A stretch of 64,000 bases of DNA from Pirellulales bacterium (GTDB lineage: Bacteria; Planctomycetota; Planctomycetia; Pirellulales; PALSA-1355), in the NCBI GenBank assembly GCA_963733035.1, contig CAVTBU010000005.1, positions 2,720,001-2,784,000 on the forward strand, written 5' to 3'. Positions 45,296 through 55,998 of this stretch are shown piece by piece (positions within the stretch are counted from its first letter, which is position 1; each line of letters begins with the position of its first letter). Both the position numbers and the translations under genes were made by a program. The notes below the pieces were generated by a model. The model saw only the letters and a list, made by a program, of their open reading frames with translations. It searched no databases and was not told where the DNA came from.

Positions 45296-45721
45296 GGGGA
45301 TCTTCCTGCGGCGGGCCCCAAGCGGCCCAAAACGGGGTCGGTCAGAGCGAGCGAAAGTGAGAAATAGTCAGCACTTTGCGTAAGTATAGAGGTGCTCCGG
45401 CCGGTTACAAGCCGCGATTGACGCCGCCGCGCCGACCGAGTGCCTCTCTCTGCAAATTCTTCGCACAGTGGCCGCCCGATTCGATTCCTCCAGCAGGGGA
45501 CCTTGATCGAATTTTGGAGCCGAATTCATCGAAACTGCCGATTCGGACTCCGCTTTCAACCGGTAGGCACGCGAATCTCCTCCCCGGCAACCGGCCCCCT
45601 CGCAAGCTATGTTTCAAATGTGCGACGGCGCGGGGTCGCACAACGACTCGAGCCCGCCGCAACTTTTTCCCGAACCACCTCGACCGTCACTCACGTCGTG
45701 TCGGTCCCGAGTCACCAACTC

Positions 45722-46744
45722 ATGCAAAATTGCCCTTGGCTCTCGGAGCTTGCCCGCAAATTTCCGCGGATTTCTTCCGCCCAGGAGATGCCCTGGGAGG
45801 GACGATTTCACCTGGTCATGGTCATTTCGACGGTCCTGATCGTCGGCATCTCGCTGTGCGGTTACCATTTCTGCCGGCTGAGCCTGTCGATTCCGCAAGC
45901 GATACCCATGTTGATCGTGCTCGCGCTCGTGCTGGCCGGCGCGGCCCAGTACCGCTGGCGCAACGAACGGAAATGTTTTCACGTGGTGATGATGGTGTTT
46001 TGGATCATCCTGGTTACCAACAGCCACTATTTCCCGATGTACATGGCCGCGCGGCAAGACGTACCCATGAACGACGCGTGGCTGGCGCGGTTTGATCAGG
46101 CAATGGGAATCGAGGTGCCGATGGTCCGCGGCGCAATGGGACACTATCCGGCACTGTCTGCCTTCATGCTCTGGATCTATCTGACGCTAATTCCGCTGAT
46201 GACCGTGGCGGCTATCCTGCCGCCGCTGGTGAACCGGATGGACCTCTCCAAGGGCTTCGTGATCGGTTGCATCGTGGCGGCGACCATCTCGCTGCCGATC
46301 TTCGCGTGTGTTCAGGCCGTGGGCCCTTGGGAATACTACGGTTTCGAGCCGCCGATTGCCTCGCTGGGGCAGAAGGCGGGCATGCTCCAGACGTTGAAGA
46401 CCGACACGACGTTCGTGATTGACGTCAACAATCGCGACGGCCTGATTACGTTCCCCTCGTTTCACGTCGTGCTTACGGTATTGGCCGCAGCCGCCCTGTG
46501 GCCCATGCGGTGGTTGCGCTGGCCGGTTGTGATTTGGGCGGCACTGATCGTGGTATCGACCGTGGCCACGGGCATCCACTACGCCATCGACGTGGTAGGC
46601 GGATTGCTGGTCGCCGGGCTGGCCTATGCGGCGGGCCGCGCGTACTTGCGTTGGGAAGCCGGCGCGATTCGTTGCCCCTCGGTAAGCCCCCAGCCAGCGA
46701 CCGCCGGACGTTTAGGCCTGGGCCCAGACGGCGCGGCGGGATGA
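45722..46744 (+). CDS. PAP2 family (PAP2_3 / Aur1-like) membrane phosphoesterase or phosphotransferase
   Basis: Multi-TM; AVGP, TFPSFHV, STVATGIHYAIDVVGG. Confidence 0.85.
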   Translation: MQNCPWLSELARKFPRISSAQEMPWEGRFHLVMVISTVLIVGISLCGYHFCRLSLSIPQAIPMLIVLALVLAGAAQYRWRNERKCFHVVMMVFWIILVTNSHYFPMYMAARQDVPMNDAWLARFDQAMGIEVPMVRGAMGHYPALSAFMLWIYLTLIPLMTVAAILPPLVNRMDLSKGFVIGCIVAATISLPIFACVQAVGPWEYYGFEPPIASLGQKAGMLQTLKTDTTFVIDVNNRDGLITFPSFHVVLTVLAAAALWPMRWLRWPVVIWAALIVVSTVATGIHYAIDVVGGLLVAGLAYAAGRAYLRWEAGAIRCPSVSPQPATAGRLGLGPDGAAG

Positions 46745-47027
46745 ATCTCGAGATTCGTCCCGGCGCTCAGGTCGCTACTTTCGCGGGCGAGCTCTGCCTA
46801 AATGGCAGGGTCTGCGGCTGCCCCTGGATTTTGCAGACCCCGCAGTTTATCTGGGAACGGATTGCAGTCTATGATATAAGTGGCCGCGGAGTAATGCCTT
46901 ACGGTAGGCTCCCAGGGGTGCTTTCGATGCGACTTACCTAACTGGTATTTAAGTTGCATTAGGGTGAGTTGCGGAATCGCCATGTCATTCAGGGCATGGC
47001 GCCGCTTGCCGACGAGTGTGGTGTGCC

Positions 47028-47453
47028 ATGCGACTTGAGCTCCCATCGCTGTTGATCACCGACGACGATCTCGACTTTCGCGAGACGTTGTGCGCCGTGT
47101 TCGAGCCTCGATACCGCACGATCCTGGCCAGCAATGGCGAGGAGGCGCTCAATATCGTTCGCCGGCAAGAAGTCCACCTGTTGCTCCTGGACATGCACAT
47201 GCCGCGGCTTACCGGTCTGGAAACCATGCAGCGGGTCAAGCAGTTCAAGTCGCGGCTGCCGTGTATTCTCATCTCCGCCGGGCTGGACGAAGCCTTGGAG
47301 CGCCAAGCTCGACTGGCCGAAGCCTTTTCCGTCTTGGCGAAACCGGTCACGCGCCGCCAATTGACCAGCACGGTGGAGGCCGCCATGCGGCGCATCTACG
47401 GTTGGGAGTGCCCCGACGAAGGGCCCGCTCACCCGCTCGGCGGCGAGAGTTAG
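47028..47453 (+). CDS. Single-domain response regulator
   Basis: LLITDDD, LLLDMHMPRLTG, ILISA, LAKP. Confidence 0.93.
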   Translation: MRLELPSLLITDDDLDFRETLCAVFEPRYRTILASNGEEALNIVRRQEVHLLLLDMHMPRLTGLETMQRVKQFKSRLPCILISAGLDEALERQARLAEAFSVLAKPVTRRQLTSTVEAAMRRIYGWECPDEGPAHPLGGES

Positions 47454-47517
47454 ACGCCGCAATTGTCGCGTCCATTGCTGGCGTATCCCTTAGGGCAGCG
47501 ACTAGGATGTGGGCGTC

Positions 47518-48519
47518 ATGACGATCGATGCCGACATCCCGCTGATTGACGTCGAACCCCTCGTCTCCGGTTCGAGCGCCCGCCAGGACGTTGCTCGGCG
47601 GTTGGGCGAAGCTTGCCGCGAGCATGGCTTTTTCTACATCGTTGGCCATGGGGTTGATGACCAGCTTGGCCAGCGGCTGGAAACGCTCAGCCGCGAGTTC
47701 TTCGCACAGTCGGTCGACGAAAAGATGCGAATCAATATGGCCCTTGGCGGCCGTGCCTGGCGGGGCTACTTTCGCGTCGGCGACGAGCTGACCAGCGGCC
47801 AGCCCGATCAAAAAGAGGGCCTCTACTTCGGGCAAGAGCTTGCCGACGATCATCCCGCGGTCGTGGCTCATACACCGCTGCACGGACGCAACCTCTGGCC
47901 CGATGTCCCGGGCTTTCGCGAAGCGGTGCTCGCCTACATGGCGGCGCTCACCGAGGTGGGACATCACCTGATGACCGGGCTGTCGCTGAGCCTGGGCCTG
48001 GAGCCGTCTTATTTCGCCGATCGATATACGCGCGATCCGCTGGTGCTGTTTCGCATTTTCAACTATCCCTATTCGCCCGCACGCGATTCGTGCCGGCAGC
48101 AGTGGGGCGTCGGCGAGCATACGGACTACGGCGTGCTGACCATCCTGCGGCAGGACGACACGGGCGGATTGCAGGTCAAGAGCCGCAACCGCTGGATCGA
48201 CGCGCCGCCGATTCCCGGTTCGTTCATCTGCAATATTGGCGACATGCTCGACCGCATGACTCGAGGCATCTATCGCTCGACGCCGCATCGGGTGATCAGT
48301 TCGGCCCGCCGCGACCGCCTGTCGTTCCCCTTGTTTTTCGACCCGAACTTCAACGCCGAAGTCCATGCGATCGATGGGCTTGCCGACCAGCCGATACCAG
48401 ACGACCGCCAGGACAGGTGGGACAAGGCGAGCGTGCACGAGCTGAGCGGCAGCTACGGCGACTACCTGCTGGGCAAAGTCTCGAAGGTGTTTCCGCAGTT
48501 GCAACGCGAGGTGCTGTAG
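47518..48519 (+). CDS. 2OG-Fe(II) oxygenase (isopenicillin N synthase-like family)
   Basis: IPLID, ACREHGFFY, EHTDYG (HxD), NIGDML, STPHRV, RLS. Confidence 0.94.
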   Translation: MTIDADIPLIDVEPLVSGSSARQDVARRLGEACREHGFFYIVGHGVDDQLGQRLETLSREFFAQSVDEKMRINMALGGRAWRGYFRVGDELTSGQPDQKEGLYFGQELADDHPAVVAHTPLHGRNLWPDVPGFREAVLAYMAALTEVGHHLMTGLSLSLGLEPSYFADRYTRDPLVLFRIFNYPYSPARDSCRQQWGVGEHTDYGVLTILRQDDTGGLQVKSRNRWIDAPPIPGSFICNIGDMLDRMTRGIYRSTPHRVISSARRDRLSFPLFFDPNFNAEVHAIDGLADQPIPDDRQDRWDKASVHELSGSYGDYLLGKVSKVFPQLQREVL

Positions 48520-48548
48520 CGGTTGTCGCGCGACTTTGTATTGCGTGT

Positions 48549-49079
48549 CTAGTTCTCGGCCGGCAATTTGAACAGGCACCAGGCATACGGCGCCGACGCT
48601 TCGAACTCCGCCGGCGGGCGATCCCGAAAGTGCTCGCGCCCGGCGTGCGGTTTGACGTCGCGCACCATCGCCGCGGTCACGCCGGGCGGCCAGTTCGGAA
48701 AATCCACGGCGTTGCCCGTCACGTAGGGGAGCCGCCTGCCGTCGTTAAGCACCACGGTGAAGATGGTATATCCCATGCCCGACTCGCCGGCTTCGTACAG
48801 GCGATTGGCCAACTTCGCTGGCAGCCTGTGTGGGCTTTCAGAGATCGAAGCAACATCTTCGATGCGGACCCAGGTCTTGCCTTTGTCATCCCAAGGCCAG
48901 ACACCCCAGCCGTTTTTGTACGCTGTGGCCTCGACAACGTAGACCCGCTCGAGCAGGCGGCCATCCGTCGTCTTCACGGCGCACGGCCGGTACTCGACGA
49001 TGCCGTCGGTGGCCGGCTCAACTTGTTGAAGTTGAGCGAAGAGGTCCTTGCTGATTCGGACAATCGAGGTTTCCTCCAT
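48549..49079 (-). CDS. Hypothetical protein (176 aa)
   Basis: Protein-like ORF with upstream GGAGAGGG RBS; no family recognised. Confidence 0.75.
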   Translation of the reverse strand: MEETSIVRISKDLFAQLQQVEPATDGIVEYRPCAVKTTDGRLLERVYVVEATAYKNGWGVWPWDDKGKTWVRIEDVASISESPHRLPAKLANRLYEAGESGMGYTIFTVVLNDGRRLPYVTGNAVDFPNWPPGVTAAMVRDVKPHAGREHFRDRPPAEFEASAPYAWCLFKLPAEN

Positions 49080-49301
49080 CCGTCCCTCTCCAATCCCGAC
49101 GATAACTATTTCGCCGCGGATTTCACTGCCGACAGGTCCGTCATCACGCGGCCATTGGCGCGGAACCGCCCCCGATTTTAAACTCGAAGCGGATCGTGCC
49201 GCTGGGGTCGAGATGCGAATCCGCAGGTCATCGCAGTTGCGTTCGTCCGGCGCACTTGCGGGTCGATAACTTTGTCGCCGATTGCAAGGCGCGTTTGCCG
49301 T

Positions 49302-49754
49302 TCAGTAGCTTGCGAGTGGATCGGGCCCGTAGTTGTTATCTCCCAGCGTTCCCCGCAGACACCCGACTTCGACGAATTGCCATATCGGACCGATAATCGG
49401 AATGAAGTTGATCAGGATCCAGAAGCCGGACTTATCACGGTCGTGCCAGCGCTTGATTTGCGCTGCCAATGAGATCCACAGAAACAAGACGACGCAAGGA
49501 ATCACCAACATCCTGGCCAGGGACTCCTCAGGGAGGCTTACGTCGAGAATCACGATGGCCATGAAATACAGGACTGACGTTGGTAGCATCAGCATCCAGT
49601 AACGTGCCCGGTTGATCCGGCCCTTGAACGAAAACATTAGCCACGCGAGATTCTGATTGTAGTCAACCGTGGCGACCCGGTCGAAACTACCTCGCGGTGC
49701 CTGGTACGGATTCTGTGGCGCCGCACTATGAAGATCGTCGGGTGGGGACGTCAT
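49302..49754 (-). CDS. DUF805 membrane protein
   Basis: FSFKGRINRARYW, KRWHDRDKSG, GTLGDNNYGPDP; N-terminal NPYQAP. Confidence 0.93.
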   Translation of the reverse strand: MTSPPDDLHSAAPQNPYQAPRGSFDRVATVDYNQNLAWLMFSFKGRINRARYWMLMLPTSVLYFMAIVILDVSLPEESLARMLVIPCVVLFLWISLAAQIKRWHDRDKSGFWILINFIPIIGPIWQFVEVGCLRGTLGDNNYGPDPLASY

Positions 49755-52741
49755 TACTTTGCCGCCGATCTTGCCGGCGGTCCCTCGCTTTGTATGTAGC
49801 GAAATAAATCACGCAAATCCTGCTCGGGGAGTTGTTGTAGCAAACCGTCGGGCATCAAGGAAATAGGAGATGGTTCGATCTGTTCGATCTCTTCACGTGC
49901 AACGGTTGTCTTTTGCTGCTTGGCGTCGACGATCGTGATGCGCTGCGGGCTCGATTCGGTCACCAACCCCGTCAGCACCCGGCCGTCGACCAACAGCGCG
50001 GTTTGTGAGATGAACTCGGGCCGGATTGTGCCGCTGGGGTCGAGGATGTTGATCAGTAGCGCGTCGCGATTCTTGCGGTCTGCGCTGGTCAGGTCGGGGC
50101 CGATCTTCTCGCCTTCGCCGTGTAACGTATGGCAGACTCCGCAGTGTTTCATGAACAGCTTATGGCCGTTGTCCATATTCCCGACTCCGGCCCCGAGCAC
50201 CCGGCCAAGCACCGGCACGTACGACATCTTTTCGCCAGGCGTGGCGGGGCGAACCTTTCCCCAGCGGGCTTCGATCGACTTGTCCAGCGCGCCGTCGCCG
50301 TGCGCCAGCATCTGGCGGAGCTGATCGACCGAAATCGCCTTGGCGTCGATTTGTTCGTCGGCCACCTCCTGCACGAGCGCGCGAGCCCAAGCCGCTCGAC
50401 TCGCCGCCAGCGCAATCGCACGATCCCGCAGCGCCGGCGAAAAGCTTCCGTAGTGCGCCAACACCTGTCTGCCCAACGACGCCTCGTCGTAGTGACCAAT
50501 GGCTCCAAGTGCGGCACCACGAATTGCGTCGCCCGAAGCCGCGGCATCGTCAAGCAGGGCAAGCAACTTGGGCAGCGCGTCGGCTCGGGCAGCCTGGCCG
50601 ACGGCCGAAATCATCGCCAGCCGTACCGCTTCCGGTTCACGCGGATCGCTCATCCGCTCGAGTGCTCGCCGGTAGGCATCGCTGCTCCCTAGCTTGAGCG
50701 CGAAACGAGTGACCGTCGGATCGTCCGTATGCCGTTGCCATAGCCGGCGGATCGTTTCGGCAAGCGGCGTGGGCACGGACTCGAGCGGCCGGCCGCCAAA
50801 ATCGGCTTCCATTGCCGCCAACAGCCGCAGAGCGTCGCTGTCACTCGGCGCAAGGGCGAGCAATCGCGAGCAGGCGTCGTACCCGGCATCGTTTTTCTCG
50901 GCCAGGAAGCGACGGGCAACTCGCTCGACGATCACATCGTGGACGATCGGCAGTTGCCACGTGTCTTTGTCGGCAAATAGCGCCAATACAGCATTCGGGT
51001 CGCTGACGGCTTTGTCTTCGATCGCCCACCACAGGAGCAGGGGCAGGTGTGTGTCATCAGTGTCCTCGCTTCGGCGAAGCAGGGCTGCCACGATCTGCAA
51101 ACCACCGACCGCGTCGAGCCGCTTGGCCGTGCAGGCCAACTGGCTGCGAACCGCGGGGCTGGGATCGCTGGCCGCCAGTTCCACGAGTTTCTGCTGCACG
51201 GTCGCAGGCAATTTGTGCTCGTCATCTCCCAACAATCGCACATTCCAGGTCCGCACGTCGGCACTCGGATGACTAAGCAGCGCCAGGGCCACCCGGTCAT
51301 TCCATCCACCGCTGACGTACAGGGCCCAGAGCGATTCCAGGGCCAATTGTTCCTCGCGGCCGGCAATCATCTTGTGCAGCCAGGGAAGAATTGCCGGATC
51401 GCGGCGCTCGGAAAGAATCCTCCGCGCGTGGCGACGATACCAGACATTCTCGTGCGCGAGCAGATCGACCAGGCCTTCGCTGGTGCGGCCGGCCAGGTCA
51501 AACGGCTCGACCTTGGGCGTGCCACGGTAAACGATTTTCCAGATCCGACCGTTGGTCTTGTCCCAGGTGTCCTCGGGAATCACGTGGTTGGCCCGCTTGT
51601 CGTACCAATCGGCGACGAATACCGAACCGTCAGGGCCGATACGGCAATCGATGGGTCGGAACCAGATGTCGTCGGTTTCCAGGAGCGTACCCTGGTACTC
51701 ACTGGTGTAGGTCGATCCCTTCGGCGTGAGCGTGCTCCAATAGATCGCGTTCGACAGCAGATTCGCGCCGACATAGGTATTGTGAAACTTTTCCGGCCAA
51801 ACGTCCCCCTGGTAAACGATTCCGCCGCACGTGACGTGCCCGCCGCTGTGTCCAGTGTGGGCGACGTGCTCGAAGTAACCGTAGGTGTAGGGATTGTGCA
51901 GCGGCCCGTGCTTGGAAAAGCCTTTGACGTAATAGCCCCCTTGCACCTGGTGCAGGCAGACGACATTGCCGTAGTTCGTGCCGGCGATCACGTTGCCGTG
52001 GCGATCAAAATCGAGCCCCCAGGTATTACCACCCCCCTCGCTGAACAGCTCAAACCGCTTGGTGGCCGGATGGTAGCGCCAAATACCCTGTTGAAAGCCA
52101 ACCCCGCGAATATCCGCGGTCACCGTGCTCCCTTGCGCACCGTACAGCCAGCCATCGGGACCCCACTCCAGCGAATTGACGACGGCGTGCGCGTCTTCCA
52201 GACCAAAGCCCTTGAGCAGCACCTCGGGGTCGCCGTCGGGAACGTCATCACCGTTCTTGTCTGGATAGAACAAAAGATACGGCGCCTGGCCGACGTAGAC
52301 GCCGCCGTTGCCGATGGCGAGGGCCGAAGCCAGATTCAAGCCGCCTACAAAGTCCTTCGCCTGATCGACGCGACCGTCTCCGTCGGTGTCCTCGAGGATC
52401 GTGATCTTGTCTTTTCCCACCGGCCCGTGCGGCGGCGGCTCGGGTACGCGATCGTACTTGGTGCGCAAGTAGCGATCGACTTCCACTGGCTGCAGGCCCG
52501 CGGGGCTGGGGTACTGCAGGTACTGGATGACCCACATCCGCCCGCGGTCGTCGAAGGTCATTGTCACCGGCTGGCGCACGAGCGGCTCGGCGGCATAGAG
52601 TTCCACTTCGAAACCCTCGGCCATCTTGAAGCGGCGCTGAGCTTCTGCGGGCGAAAGGGCTTGCGCTTGGGCCGTCTGCCGACAGGAGAGTAAACTAATC
52701 AATACCAGCGCAACAACGAACACCCGACCAAGGTCGCGCAT
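49754..52741 (-). CDS. PVC-type heme-binding CxxCH protein (propeller + HEAT + cytochrome c)
   Basis: GFEVELYAAEPLV, EDTDGDG, WGPDGWLYG, WFRPID, HEAT-like repeats, CGVCH, IGPDLT, SLMP. Confidence 0.92.
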   Translation of the reverse strand: MRDLGRVFVVALVLISLLSCRQTAQAQALSPAEAQRRFKMAEGFEVELYAAEPLVRQPVTMTFDDRGRMWVIQYLQYPSPAGLQPVEVDRYLRTKYDRVPEPPPHGPVGKDKITILEDTDGDGRVDQAKDFVGGLNLASALAIGNGGVYVGQAPYLLFYPDKNGDDVPDGDPEVLLKGFGLEDAHAVVNSLEWGPDGWLYGAQGSTVTADIRGVGFQQGIWRYHPATKRFELFSEGGGNTWGLDFDRHGNVIAGTNYGNVVCLHQVQGGYYVKGFSKHGPLHNPYTYGYFEHVAHTGHSGGHVTCGGIVYQGDVWPEKFHNTYVGANLLSNAIYWSTLTPKGSTYTSEYQGTLLETDDIWFRPIDCRIGPDGSVFVADWYDKRANHVIPEDTWDKTNGRIWKIVYRGTPKVEPFDLAGRTSEGLVDLLAHENVWYRRHARRILSERRDPAILPWLHKMIAGREEQLALESLWALYVSGGWNDRVALALLSHPSADVRTWNVRLLGDDEHKLPATVQQKLVELAASDPSPAVRSQLACTAKRLDAVGGLQIVAALLRRSEDTDDTHLPLLLWWAIEDKAVSDPNAVLALFADKDTWQLPIVHDVIVERVARRFLAEKNDAGYDACSRLLALAPSDSDALRLLAAMEADFGGRPLESVPTPLAETIRRLWQRHTDDPTVTRFALKLGSSDAYRRALERMSDPREPEAVRLAMISAVGQAARADALPKLLALLDDAAASGDAIRGAALGAIGHYDEASLGRQVLAHYGSFSPALRDRAIALAASRAAWARALVQEVADEQIDAKAISVDQLRQMLAHGDGALDKSIEARWGKVRPATPGEKMSYVPVLGRVLGAGVGNMDNGHKLFMKHCGVCHTLHGEGEKIGPDLTSADRKNRDALLINILDPSGTIRPEFISQTALLVDGRVLTGLVTESSPQRITIVDAKQQKTTVAREEIEQIEPSPISLMPDGLLQQLPEQDLRDLFRYIQSEGPPARSAAK

Positions 52742-52880
52742 GTCACAATGGTGTACGCGCGTGTTCTCAAAGCATTCCTTGCCAAACGGAACTCGTGAAC
52801 TTTCGCTGCGCACCTCGGTGTCCTCTACGGTTATCTCCGGGATTTTGAATCCGCCGCTGTCCTCACCACGTCGAAACTCG

Positions 52881-55871
52881 TTATTTCAGCGACTCCAGAA
52901 ACGCCAGCAAATCGGCGGCGTCCTGGGGTGTGACTTCGCTGAGCACGAGCTCGGGCATCAGTGACTTCTGCTGCGGAATGAGCGCCTCGACTTCGTTCGC
53001 CGGCACTCGGATCGTTTGGTTCTTGACGTCTCGCAGCACGACCCGTTTGTCGTTCCGGTCTACCAGGAAACCGGCATACACTTGTCCGCTGGTGGTTTCG
53101 AGCAGGTAGGGCACGAATTCCGGTGCGATCGCCTTGGAGGGCTGCAAGATCGTTTCCAGCAAGGCCTGGCGTTCGTACTTTTTGCCGATCTTTGTCAGCT
53201 CCGGCCCCAGCTTGCTGCCAAAGCCGTGCACGGCATGACACTGGTTACACTGCGCGGCCGAACTCTTGAAGAAGATATTGCGGCCGCGGTTCGCATCTCC
53301 CGATCGTTCCAGAATCTCGTTGGCCGAGATCGCGCTGCCGAGTTTCCGCGGGCGCTGGTCCTCGGGAATGAACTTTTCGTACAGCACGCGAACGTTCGCA
53401 TCGGGATGCGCGACGGCCTTCGCGAGCACGGCCTGTTTCAAACTGGCCGGTAGCCGGTCTTCGTCGATCAACCGCAACAGCAAGATCGCACCGGGCGTGC
53501 TGTCGATCAGCCGGTCGACGGCGGCACGTCGCGCTTGCAACGGAAAGGCCTCGCCGCCGAGGATCTGTCGCAGACTCGTCGCGTCTTGCATGTCAACCAG
53601 CCCGTCGAGCGCCGCGGACGCGACGGTCGGCTCGCGATCGTTCAACAGTTCACGTAGCGCGTCTTTCGCACCCGGCGGCTGCAAATGGGCGAGCACCGAA
53701 ACCGCCAATTGACGCTCGGTCGGCGGTAGCGAGTCGTCCTTGGCCAGGGTCAGCACTTTCTCGCCGAGCCGCCGAATCCGCAGTTCGGCGATCGCGCGCA
53801 GCGCGTCGCCACGCAACTGCCCGTCGTCCAATAGTCCGACCAGTGCGTCTGCGAATCGTGGCTGGGCGGCCATGGCCGACCAATTGCCGCGCGGCCCCAT
53901 GTTTGCCAGCATCACGCCAATCGCTTCACGCCGCAACTCGGCCGAACGGCCAGTTTGTCCGGCGGTTTGCAGCAATCCCCACCCGGCCTCGAGCGACGGC
54001 AATTGTCCGACCGCCGCCAAGATCTTTCGCGCCGCATCGTCGTCGAATTGCGGATCTTGTAGTTGGGCAATCAGCGCGGCCGCGGCCCGTTCCGGGGCGA
54101 GCACCTGCAGCAGGGGGAACTGCGCCTCGGAGAGCGGCCCTTGTTTTTCCAACCTGGCCAGCAAGGCCCGCCGGCGATCACCAACCGCGATGTTGATCGC
54201 TTCGAGTTGATAGCGATCACTGCCGTTGTACGTCGCGGCAATCCTGGCCAGCGCTTCGAGGGCCGCGTCTCCTTTGAGATTGCGAATCGCCAACAGCACT
54301 TCGCGGCGCACCTCGTCGGCCGGGTCCTCGGCGAGGTCGAGAATCGCCGCGCCGTGTTCCGCGCCGTGCCGTCGGAGAATCCGCACCGCCAAAGCCCGTT
54401 GGCCGGCATTCGGCGACTTCAGTTGCGCAACGACATGGCTGCGTGCCCTGCCACCGACCCTGTCCAGCACCCACATCGCCCGAGCGCGATAGTTCGGCTG
54501 TTCATCATCCAGCAGCGCGACCAGTGCCGGCACGCTTGCGTCTGGCTCGGCCAAGAGCCGCTCGCGGGCCAGGTATTGTGTCGCCAGGTTGATGCTTTTG
54601 AGTCCTTCAATGGCATCCACCACATGGGTATAGGGTCCCGGCTTCTCGTGCCGAGCAAGCGTTTTGCCTTTGGGCTTGAGCAGAAAAACACGGCCCTGAT
54701 CTGGATTGTTGTAGCCGTGACCGCCAACGCCGCCGTCGTACCAATCGGAGACGTACAGTCGCCCGTCCGGAGCGGCACAAATGTCGTCCGGCCGAAAATA
54801 ATCGTCGCCGCTGGTACTCAGAAAAACTTCGCTGGTGGCCTGCATGCCGTAACCTTGCAGGTGATGCTGGTAGACGCGGCATTCGCGCGGCCCGCAGTCG
54901 GTGTGGAGCGGTGCATTCTTGTACTTGGGGCCAAACGCGTCGCTCTCATAGATGCAGATGCCGGTGGGCGATCCAAAGCCGGTCACCAGCGTTGCGGGAA
55001 CGTAGCCCGGCATGTAACCGCGGAAGTGCCAGTGCTCGCGGAAGGGCGTGCCCGGCGGCACCAGGCGATCGAGTTGCTGTTTGTCGAACGGCGGCCGGCC
55101 GAACCAGCCGTAGTTGCCCCCTTCCATGATCCAGCAAATTCGCACGCTTTCGTTGCCATCGTTGTCGTTGTCGCTCAGGTACGCTTCGCCAAACGAATCG
55201 ATGCACACCTCATAGGGATTGCGAAAGTTGACGGCCACCGTTTCGAGCCCGCTGCCATCGAGTTCGCCGCGCAGCACCGCGCCATGCGGAAACTTGATAT
55301 GCGAGCCGTCGGTCCCTTTGACGTCGAAGCCCCCGTCGCCGTGCGACATCCACCATTTATGATCCGGCCCCAGCACCAGGCTGTGCGCACCGTGATCATG
55401 GTTGTAGCCGCCAAACCCAGTGAGCAGTTTCTGGGGCGGGCCGTCGGCTTTCAGGTCGCCATCCTTGTCTTCGAAGACCCACAGATCGGGGCTGGTGGCC
55501 ACGTAAACTTTATCGCCGGCCACGCACACGCTCATCGGCGCGAACAGCCCCTCGGCAAACACGGTAACCTTGTCGGCCGCGCCGTCGCCGTCGGTGTCTT
55601 CCAGTACCTTGATCTTGTCGGCCGGTGGAGTTTTGGCGCCGCCACGATACCATTGGATTTCCGCCACCCACACCCGCCCCTCGGTATCCACATCGATGGC
55701 CGCGGGATTGGTGATGAGCGGTTCGCTGGCGAACAGCGAGACTTCCATCTCTGGCGCGGCGTTCAGCGCCGCGAGTTCATCGCTCGGCGACTTTTGTGCC
55801 GCTGCCGGCGTGCTCCACAGCAACAAACAGCCAAGGACGAAAGCAGACACTCCACGTGCAAGGTGATCCAT
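52881..55871 (-). CDS. PVC-type heme-binding CxxCH protein
   Basis: SLFASEPLITNP, EDTDGDG, NFRNPY, FRPDD, HEAT-like repeats, CNQCH, LGPELT, SLMP. Start may be up to ~20 nt further upstream. Confidence 0.92.
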   Translation of the reverse strand: MDHLARGVSAFVLGCLLLWSTPAAAQKSPSDELAALNAAPEMEVSLFASEPLITNPAAIDVDTEGRVWVAEIQWYRGGAKTPPADKIKVLEDTDGDGAADKVTVFAEGLFAPMSVCVAGDKVYVATSPDLWVFEDKDGDLKADGPPQKLLTGFGGYNHDHGAHSLVLGPDHKWWMSHGDGGFDVKGTDGSHIKFPHGAVLRGELDGSGLETVAVNFRNPYEVCIDSFGEAYLSDNDNDGNESVRICWIMEGGNYGWFGRPPFDKQQLDRLVPPGTPFREHWHFRGYMPGYVPATLVTGFGSPTGICIYESDAFGPKYKNAPLHTDCGPRECRVYQHHLQGYGMQATSEVFLSTSGDDYFRPDDICAAPDGRLYVSDWYDGGVGGHGYNNPDQGRVFLLKPKGKTLARHEKPGPYTHVVDAIEGLKSINLATQYLARERLLAEPDASVPALVALLDDEQPNYRARAMWVLDRVGGRARSHVVAQLKSPNAGQRALAVRILRRHGAEHGAAILDLAEDPADEVRREVLLAIRNLKGDAALEALARIAATYNGSDRYQLEAINIAVGDRRRALLARLEKQGPLSEAQFPLLQVLAPERAAAALIAQLQDPQFDDDAARKILAAVGQLPSLEAGWGLLQTAGQTGRSAELRREAIGVMLANMGPRGNWSAMAAQPRFADALVGLLDDGQLRGDALRAIAELRIRRLGEKVLTLAKDDSLPPTERQLAVSVLAHLQPPGAKDALRELLNDREPTVASAALDGLVDMQDATSLRQILGGEAFPLQARRAAVDRLIDSTPGAILLLRLIDEDRLPASLKQAVLAKAVAHPDANVRVLYEKFIPEDQRPRKLGSAISANEILERSGDANRGRNIFFKSSAAQCNQCHAVHGFGSKLGPELTKIGKKYERQALLETILQPSKAIAPEFVPYLLETTSGQVYAGFLVDRNDKRVVLRDVKNQTIRVPANEVEALIPQQKSLMPELVLSEVTPQDAADLLAFLESLK

Positions 55872-55998
55872 GGGGAGCATTTTCCAGGGCATGATGCGGA
55901 TGGTGGGCGGGTACGCTGCTAGTATAAATAGCCGTTCTAGCGCCGTGCAAACCAACACATTCCCGGGGGCGATCGAGTGATACCGACCTGCCTCGCCC

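Noticed and set aside
47518..48519. Beta-lactam or other secondary-metabolite cluster around the IPNS-like oxygenase
   Set aside because: No NRPS, PKS or tailoring genes nearby; the family is widespread.
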